Positions 8,948 to 14,310 of a stretch of DNA of 20,000 nt are shown here, in pieces (the first letter of the stretch is position 1; every line of letters begins with the position of its first letter). Origin of the DNA: an uncultured virus (IMG/VR IMGVR_UViG_3300000313_000091) (lineage: Duplodnaviria > Heunggongvirae > Uroviricota > Caudoviricetes); the IMG/VR virus record IMGVR_UViG_3300000313_000091. One strand, 5' to 3'. A model generated the notes under the pieces. It saw nothing but the letters and a program-made list of their open reading frames with translations, ran no database searches and was not told the origin of the DNA. A program made the position numbers and the translations under genes.

Positions 8948-9009
8948 CTTTGTAATTTATATTGTTTCTCGGACTATGCCGAGCCATTTTTTATTATAAC
9001 TCACCAACT

Positions 9010-9058
9010 TTGTCGGATATGAGGATTCGAACCTCGCAAATAGTAACCATTTATCCGA
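9010..9058 (-). ncRNA. Minimal tRNA-like element (acceptor plus T arm)
   Basis: TCGGATA-AATGGTTACTATTTG-CGAGG-TTCGAAT-CCTCA-TATCCGA-CAA. Confidence 0.55.
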
Positions 9059-9275
9059 TCGCACATTTTACATCTGTGCCAAGATGTGTATTGTATTTAT
9101 CCTCGTTGCAAATCTTCGCTCTTTATACATTCCTGCATACATCATCGCCGATTCTTGCTACTCCGATTATTTTTCGCTTTCTCTATAATGAGACTACGCG
9201 CCGATTTATAGGGGTGGTCTATAACCTATCGGATTAATCCCTATATTGTTCGTGTAAAGAATATTCTCTACGTCC

Positions 9276-9458
9276 TTACACGATCCTTTTACTATTAAGA
9301 TATTTGTAAACTGATTCTTCGTTATAGATAATGTTATGTTTGCTTATCATATAGAAAGAGAAATAAGCTGCATCTCTTAATTTTTTAAGTGTGGAGGGAC
9401 AAATGTTAAGAAGCTCGCAAACTTGTTCTCCTGTCATTGTTCTAATCTCTTTTTTCAT
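9276..9458 (-). CDS. Excisionase-like (HTH_17/MerR-type) DNA-binding protein, 60 aa
   Basis: MTGEQVCELLNICPSTLKKLRD...IIYNEESVYKYL; start at 9458 by ATGA overlap. Confidence 0.8.
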   Translation of the reverse strand: MKKEIRTMTGEQVCELLNICPSTLKKLRDAAYFSFYMISKHNIIYNEESVYKYLNSKRIV

Positions 9459-9610
9459 TTTGTGAATCGAATTATAAGGGTTGAACCTGATACAATAGTA
9501 ATTATAAGGGCCACTAAACATTCTTTCATTGTTGCCGTATCGCTTTCGGCTACTATCAAGCTCCATAAAAGAGCAATAAAACATGACATGATTATGATTA
9601 TATTTTTCAT
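9455..9610 (-). CDS. Small two-TM membrane protein (51 aa)
   Basis: Manual translation MKNIIIIMSCFIALLWSLIVAESDTATMKECLVALIITIVSGSTLIIRFTK; starts 2 nt after the upstream stop and has an ATGA overlap downstream. Confidence 0.7.
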   Translation of the reverse strand: MKNIIIIMSCFIALLWSLIVAESDTATMKECLVALIITIVSGSTLIIRFTK

Positions 9611-9612
9611 CT

Positions 9613-9828
9613 TTAGAAGTTTTTTATGATTATCATTTCTTTTCTATATCCATCTTTATGTATGGAATACATTGGTCTTGTGGCTCCATTTCTTTTTGCC
9701 TCTTTATTAATCCGGCAAGCAATGGCGCGATAAACAGCTTCGTTGACATTTTCTGTCAATTTTATAGTTGAAGGCTTATTTGTTTTTGCCCTCATTATTT
9801 TCTTTTTTATCGTTATTTCTTTATCCAT
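9613..9828 (-). CDS. First gene of early operon (Cro position), basic 71-aa protein
   Basis: Highly basic; immediately downstream of the leftward promoter; function inferred from position only. Confidence 0.65.
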   Translation of the reverse strand: MDKEITIKKKIMRAKTNKPSTIKLTENVNEAVYRAIACRINKEAKRNGATRPMYSIHKDGYRKEMIIIKNF

Positions 9829-9844
9829 CTTCTGAAATATTTAT

Positions 9845-9852
9845 TACTTTTG
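9845..9852 (+). promoter_or_regulatory. Rightward Bacteroidetes sigma-A -7 element
   Basis: TACTTTTG matches TAnnTTTG; TTTA lies 21 nt upstream. Confidence 0.55.
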
Positions 9853-9887
9853 TGCGTTCATATGTTAATTAGCTTATGAACGTGATG

Positions 9888-9950
9888 CAAAGTTAGTACA
9901 TATTTCTGTATTAAAAAATAAATAGTACAGAATAATGTACTATTTATTTT
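9888..9950 (-). promoter_or_regulatory. Leftward early promoter with two operator palindromes
   Basis: TAACTTTG (9895-9888); AGTACA-N6-TGTATT (9895-9912) and AGTACA-N6-TGTACT (9924-9941), the latter within a perfect 15-bp inverted repeat at 9915-9950. Confidence 0.75.
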
Positions 9951-10040
9951 AATTTAGAATTATTCTAAATAATGAAATTGGTAACTCCCGATAAATAAAG
10001 GGGGTGATTGTCCATTGAAATCTTGTACAAATAGCGTAAT

Positions 10041-10388
10041 ATGAGAAGAAAAATAACAGAAGAAGAGTTTGAATTTTTAGACCAAGCATTAAGGTGCCGT
10101 AAGATGTTTAGAAATGATATACTACAATATCCAAGTGAATTAGTTAACAGATTAGTTGGAGATGGAATGATAAAATTAGGTAAGAGCGGAATTGAAATCG
10201 AAGCTGAAATAACAGAGGATGGGATAGGTAGTAGATCTGATTATCTCAATCCTCCTATAAAAGAAGTTCATAAAGAAGAAAAAATAGGCAATAAGGTAAT
10301 AAACAGTTTATGGTTCAAAATTTTATTGCCTATTTTAGGATTAATAATTGCGCTGCTCGAATTGGCTTTGCAATGGGGGAAAAAATAA
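10041..10388 (+). CDS. Hypothetical protein with C-terminal TM helix
   Basis: 115 aa; LWFKILLPILGLIIALLELALQWGKK tail; N-terminus possibly winged-helix-like. Confidence 0.75.
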   Translation: MRRKITEEEFEFLDQALRCRKMFRNDILQYPSELVNRLVGDGMIKLGKSGIEIEAEITEDGIGSRSDYLNPPIKEVHKEEKIGNKVINSLWFKILLPILGLIIALLELALQWGKK

Positions 10389-10390
10389 AA

Positions 10391-10489
10391 TTACTTCATG
10401 CCGATTAAAATTGTGATAGCTATTTTCCAAAGCCAATCAATGATTGGAAGATATTGATCACATAATTCGTCTAACTTTTTTTTATCCAT
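10391..10489 (-). CDS. 32-aa hydrophobic/amphipathic peptide
   Basis: MDKKKLDELCDQYLPIIDWLWKIAITILIGMK; A-rich leader; stop lies 2 nt from the convergent gene's stop. Confidence 0.55.
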   Translation of the reverse strand: MDKKKLDELCDQYLPIIDWLWKIAITILIGMK

Positions 10490-10537
10490 AATTTATTTTT
10501 TATGTTTCTTGTCCAAAACTCGTTTTTGACTACATTA

Positions 10538-10633
10538 TCAAAAAAATAATGTAGCTATTGCTTCTACTATTAAGGTTGTAGTTGCGCTTGCAATAATGGA
10601 AGTGATAATACATTCTTTTGTCTCTTTTTTCAT
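10538..10633 (-). CDS. 31-aa single-TM peptide
   Basis: MKKETKECIITSIIASATTTLIVEAIATLFF; A-rich leader. Confidence 0.55.
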   Translation of the reverse strand: MKKETKECIITSIIASATTTLIVEAIATLFF

Positions 10634-10758
10634 TGTTCTTTGATTTATTTGTAAACGGTTTAATTTTTCGCGAAAATTTTTGCCAAAAATATTTTTAATT
10701 GATTTACTATCTAATAATTAATATTCTTAAGCAAGAGTTTTGAAAGGAAACGGGCAGT

Positions 10759-11141
10759 AAAAGTTCTTTTAGGTGTTTTGGGTACCAAAAGAACAAAATA
10801 CTACATGGTGATATGCTCTTAAGCAATGGCTCGTCAGAGGTTTCCGTATGCAGGTAGGCATCAAATAAGTTATCCTACTCTCAGCTCTTTTCTTCATCTC
10901 TTATTCAGATGTATGCGCGTCGCTGATTTAGTTAACGCCCGGATATTAGCATATTTCATCGATCCGGTTTTCAATGCAGATCGACCATATACTAACCGAA
11001 AGCTCCTGCATTGGGGCATTACACTATTGTGCAATAAGAAACCCGTAATAGATAGCAGCTATTACGGGCATATAATGAGACATTCCGGATGGATTGTCGT
11101 AAATAATCTATGTTCCTGTAACATCTGCTATATGTTACAAG
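10759..11141 (-). ncRNA. Candidate structured ncRNA or long leader with complementary hairpin loops
   Basis: At least six stems, with G-U pairs favouring the minus strand; begins directly after a TAACTTTG element; loops ATAGCAG and CTGCTAT are complementary. Confidence 0.6.
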
Positions 11142-11144
11142 AGA

Positions 11145-11169
11145 CAAAGTTAATACAGAAGTATGTAGT
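11145..11169 (-). promoter_or_regulatory. Second leftward promoter with a third operator copy
   Basis: TAACTTTG (11152-11145) abutting AATACA-GAAGTA-TGTAGT (11152-11169), 16/18 identical to the reverse complement of the 9895-9912 operator. Confidence 0.7.
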
Positions 11170-11190
11170 ATAAAACAAAAATAAGATAAA

Positions 11191-11928
11191 ATGAATGAAA
11201 TAACCGAAAGATTTTTTAATGTGATAGATCAAATGGGGTTAAAACCTTATACGGTATCTAAAGATATATCATTTATTTCTCAGCAAAAAATGACAAATGC
11301 CAAAAAAGCTAGAAATGGTGTAAGCGTAGACATGATAAGTGCATTGTGCTCATATTATGAAAATATCAATGCAGAATATATTATTACAGGAAAGGGTTCT
11401 CCATTAAAAGATAATTCGCCTATTCCTTTGTCTGAAGGACAGACAATAGAAACAATAGATGATTATAAAGAAGCCGTAAATAGGGGTGTGGATTTGATTC
11501 CAGAAGTGAATTTCAAATTTGCGGCTGGTCAAACGGCATTGGTCAATGGGGTAGAAAATGTAACAAGGTATTGGTATTTGCCAGACTGCAAGGATTGTGA
11601 AGGAGTAGCTCAAGTAGTAGGAAATTCTATGTCTCCAGTTCTTCCTTCCGGATGTTGGGTAGCTTTAAAGAAGGTTACTATTCCAAGCAATCCATTGCAA
11701 ATTCCTTTTGGAAGTATATTTGGCATTGTGGTTGAAGATTCTGAAACAGAAGAATATCGCGGGCATATAAAGGTATTGAGGAGATATAAGGATCCTGCAA
11801 AGGAAGGGAAGTATTGGATAGCTCATTCTATTAACGAAAAAGACTTTGATGATTTTGATATTGAGATATCTCAAGTGAGAAGTCTATGGATTGTGAAACA
11901 ACATGTTGTAAGCGATATATTATTATGA
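11191..11928 (+). CDS. CI/LexA-like phage repressor (HTH plus S24 peptidase)
   Basis: N-terminal HTH with INAEYIITGKG; Ala-Gly site FAAG; GNSMSP serine and HIKVL lysine motifs. Confidence 0.9.
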   Translation: MNEITERFFNVIDQMGLKPYTVSKDISFISQQKMTNAKKARNGVSVDMISALCSYYENINAEYIITGKGSPLKDNSPIPLSEGQTIETIDDYKEAVNRGVDLIPEVNFKFAAGQTALVNGVENVTRYWYLPDCKDCEGVAQVVGNSMSPVLPSGCWVALKKVTIPSNPLQIPFGSIFGIVVEDSETEEYRGHIKVLRRYKDPAKEGKYWIAHSINEKDFDDFDIEISQVRSLWIVKQHVVSDILL

Positions 11929-12356
11929 ATATTTTAAATATTTTTTCTAGAGGGAGAAATTGGTTTGGATCTATTATTTTGTTTTTAATTCCCTTGTTTA
12001 TGTTTTCATGTAAGGGAGATGATGATGTATTATCCTCATTGGTGGGAAGAACTTATTCTGCAGTAATACATTCTTCAACGAATTTAGGGGAAACAATAAG
12101 CATTTGCAAAGTTTGGACATTTGAGTCTGATAGTACTTTTGAGGAAACAACAAAAAAAATTAGTGCAGATAGTGTTATAGTAAGCAATCCGATAAATGGC
12201 ACATACAAATTGAGCTATCCTAAGTTGGAAGTATCTATCAATTATGGCACTTCCAAGCGAATATATGATTGCAACTTCTCAGGTGTAAATACTATTATTG
12301 GAAGCTATTATGATAGTTCTAATAATGAGGTGACTTATGACTTTTATAAGAAATGA
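11925..12356 (+). CDS. Lipoprotein, probably surface-exposed
   Basis: Start MNIL at 11925 overlaps the repressor stop (ATGA); hydrophobic stretch then FMFS-C-KGDDD with an acidic patch after the Cys. Confidence 0.75.
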   Translation: MNILNIFSRGRNWFGSIILFLIPLFMFSCKGDDDVLSSLVGRTYSAVIHSSTNLGETISICKVWTFESDSTFEETTKKISADSVIVSNPINGTYKLSYPKLEVSINYGTSKRIYDCNFSGVNTIIGSYYDSSNNEVTYDFYKK

Positions 12357-12371
12357 AATATCTGAAATATT

Positions 12372-12917
12372 ATGAAGAAAATATTAATTATATCATTGTT
12401 GAGTCTAATATCAATAGGATGTTACTCTTTTAATACGAGTAATTGTAATATGAGAGATTCTTCTTACACTGAAGTTAGAGGAGAATTTTGGAATTTTTAT
12501 TTTGGAACGTCAAAAGAAATTGTTGAAACATCATTAAAAAATAACAGCATAAATTGTTATATAGATAACTTGGGTACATTATCTACAGATCAGCTTATGT
12601 TTGGTGGATATGGGTTTTCATATTCGTCTTTTTATTTTGTAAATAATAAATTTTTCGAGGTAATATTTGTAGCTAGATTTGTAAATAAGAATGATGCTAT
12701 TTCTAGATATAATGAGATCTTATCTTCCTTGAAAAATAGTTATGGAAATCCTTCAAAAAAGTATAATGTTGGATGTTCATTTTGGGGAAAAGAAAATACT
12801 TGCTCAATAGAGTCTGAAAAGTTAGAAGCTAATGATGGAAATCTTTACTACTATGTAAGGCTTTCTTATTGGAATGAAAGTTTGTATAACGAATACAATA
12901 AAGAAAATAAATTATAA
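12372..12917 (+). CDS. Secreted or lipoprotein hypothetical
   Basis: MKKILIISLLSLISIGC signal peptide; 181 aa. Confidence 0.75.
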   Translation: MKKILIISLLSLISIGCYSFNTSNCNMRDSSYTEVRGEFWNFYFGTSKEIVETSLKNNSINCYIDNLGTLSTDQLMFGGYGFSYSSFYFVNNKFFEVIFVARFVNKNDAISRYNEILSSLKNSYGNPSKKYNVGCSFWGKENTCSIESEKLEANDGNLYYYVRLSYWNESLYNEYNKENKL

Positions 12918-12942
12918 GAAATACGTATATAGAAAAGACAGA

Positions 12943-13152
12943 ATGATTATGAGAAGGTTTGATCTAGTTTATAAGATATTTAAAATGTTGTGCATGTTAT
13001 TTGCAATAGTCGCATTGTTTTTATTGGCTGCTGATTTTCGATATGATTTTAACTATCAATCAAGTGGATTCACCTATGACAAATGGACTGGAAAATGTTT
13101 TTGTTGGTATGAAGGGAAGAAACACTATATAATAAAGGGCAGCCAAATGTGA
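12943..13152 (+). CDS. Small membrane-anchored protein
   Basis: One TM segment followed by FRY...DKWTG; start at 12943 or 12949. Confidence 0.65.
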   Translation: MIMRRFDLVYKIFKMLCMLFAIVALFLLAADFRYDFNYQSSGFTYDKWTGKCFCWYEGKKHYIIKGSQM

Positions 13153-13188
13153 TCTTAAGGAAGAGCGTACGGCGAAGCTGAGTTTCTG

Positions 13189-13220
13189 CAAATATAAATA
13201 AAGAGAGAATATTAAACAAA
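13189..13220 (-). promoter_or_regulatory. Consensus leftward promoter at prophage edge
   Basis: TTTG (13220-13217)-N20-TATATTTG (13196-13189). Confidence 0.6.
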
Positions 13221-13239
13221 TTATATGATAATGAATGTA

Positions 13240-13300
13240 TGGGTAAATTCTGGGTAAACAATATGTAACGTGTTGTATACTGCTAGTAATCAATAGTTTA
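13240..13300 (+). promoter_or_regulatory. att arm: direct repeats and IHF-like site
   Basis: TGGGTAAA at 13240 and 13251 (11-bp spacing); AATCAA-TAGT-TTA at 13288-13300 matches WATCAA-N4-TTR. Confidence 0.55.
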
Positions 13301-13314
13301 TAAAACAATAAATG

Positions 13315-13360
13315 AGCTTCCCAAGCTGAGGGTCGAGGGTCCGAGTCCCTTTTGCCGCTC
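13315..13360 (+). pseudogene. 3' fragment of tRNA-Gly(CCC), prophage att site
   Basis: AGC-TTCCCAA-GCTGA anticodon arm, GAGGG-TCCGAGT-CCCTT T arm, TTGCCGC acceptor strand; no D arm or 5' acceptor strand upstream. Confidence 0.88.
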
Positions 13361-13372
13361 GCATTGATTATT

Positions 13373-13404
13373 AGGCAGTTACATTGATTGTGGCTGCCTT
13401 TTTT
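13373..13404 (+). terminator. Terminator of the original tRNA gene
   Basis: AGGCAGTTACA-TTGAT-TGTGGCTGCCT-TTTTT. Confidence 0.8.
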
Positions 13405-13431
13405 ACTTCAAAAAAAGCTTGTAATGTTGTA

Positions 13432-13509
13432 TTATTTACAGTGAGAGAAGATGGAGCAGAAATAACATTATTAAGATTAGATGAAACTCATTATGGCAAC
13501 AAAAAATAA
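13432..13509 (+). pseudogene. higB: C-terminal remnant of HigB/RelE-like toxin
   Basis: Frame LFTVREDGAEITLLRLDETHYGNKK* overlaps the higA start, resembles HigB C-termini (HY motif), and has no room for an N-terminus. Confidence 0.6.
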
Positions 13510-13780
13510 ATTATCGGTTCCCTTTATGGCTATTCATCCTGGTAGTATACTAAAGGAAGAGTTAAGAGAGAGAGGAATCAAACAAAAAGATTTCGCTCAA
13601 CTGATTGGTATGCGAGAGACACATCTGAGTACTTTAATAAAAGGTAGAAGAAACATTTCGGCTGAAGTGGCTGATAAGTTAGAAACGTACTTAGGTATCT
13701 CGTCTGTATCTTGGTTAAATTTGCAAACTCAATATGACTATGATTGCAGTATGATTGAGGAGAGAGTGATAGAGACGTAG
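13493..13780 (+). CDS. higA: HigA-family antitoxin (XRE HTH)
   Basis: AIHPGSILKEEL...QKDFA...LIKGRRNIS...WLNLQTQYD; start at MATKNK (13493). Confidence 0.9.
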   Translation: MATKNKLSVPFMAIHPGSILKEELRERGIKQKDFAQLIGMRETHLSTLIKGRRNISAEVADKLETYLGISSVSWLNLQTQYDYDCSMIEERVIET

Positions 13781-14090
13781 TTGTTATTGTTGCTATTTCA
13801 TCTCAGCCTGATTCTCAGTGTAGAATAATTCTAAGACTTGATGCTGGCATTCAGTTAAAAATGATTTGTTGATCAATTAATTTATTGCACATTTTTAAGA
13901 GTACTCTTTTTGCATATCAATTTAGCGAGTTGATTGATTATTTTTTTTGCTCTTGCATAGGATGCATATCTTTAGTGCGTACGAAAGATGCAAATGGAAA
14001 AGAAAGATAAGAGATATATCTGATCTAAAAAATAAGAATATAATAAATAGACAACAAGATAACTTACTTACATCATAAGCATTAATTTTT

Positions 14091-14131
14091 GCTCGTAGGC
14101 GCTTTCTAACCTTAGCGCTTGCGAGCTTTTT
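14091..14131 (+). terminator. Intrinsic terminator
   Basis: GCTCGTAGGCGCT-N10-AGCGCTTGCGAGC-TTTTT. Confidence 0.65.
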
Positions 14132-14310
14132 CTGTGCCTTACTCAATTGACCGTTTTTTATTTCTGATCACTGATCTTTAATGAAGATGAAGAATCACTC
14201 TCCTAATGTATCTTTGTTTACAAAAAAAATAGATATTCAGATATTTCAAGTTTCAGAGCTGCAACTTGAATTTTGCACTATTCTATACAAATAATTATGC
14301 CTACTCCTTA

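Larger units (their letters stand above)
1..13360. mobile_element. Temperate prophage (Bacteroidales), early/immunity end, bounded on the right by an att site in tRNA-Gly
   Basis: Divergent CI-like repressor versus a long leftward operon with antirepressor, RecT, exonuclease, VRR-NUC and SNF2 genes; ends in a 3' tRNA fragment; continues off the left edge. Confidence 0.92.

Noticed and set aside
8155..9237. Plus-strand ORFs 8155, 8413 and 8962
   Set aside because: Antisense to the early transcript; peptides such as GFEPA are typical read-outs of a reverse tRNA T arm.
10829..10845. Hammerhead-like words GAAAC and CTGACGAG on the minus strand
   Set aside because: Too close together to accommodate stems I and III; no valid hammerhead topology found.
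10826..11173. 115-aa plus-strand ORF
   Set aside because: Atypical composition and runs through dense hairpins and the operator; more likely incidental, though not excluded.
6587..13141. 13-bp match ATAATAAAGGGCA at 6587 and 13129, suggesting antisense pairing with the antirepressor leader
   Set aside because: An AT-rich 13-mer match is expected by chance in 20 kb.
13060..14146. Minus ORFs 13060-13308, 13070-13261 and 13922-14146
   Set aside because: Overlap real genes, the att arm or a terminator; no protein-like features and no integrase motifs.
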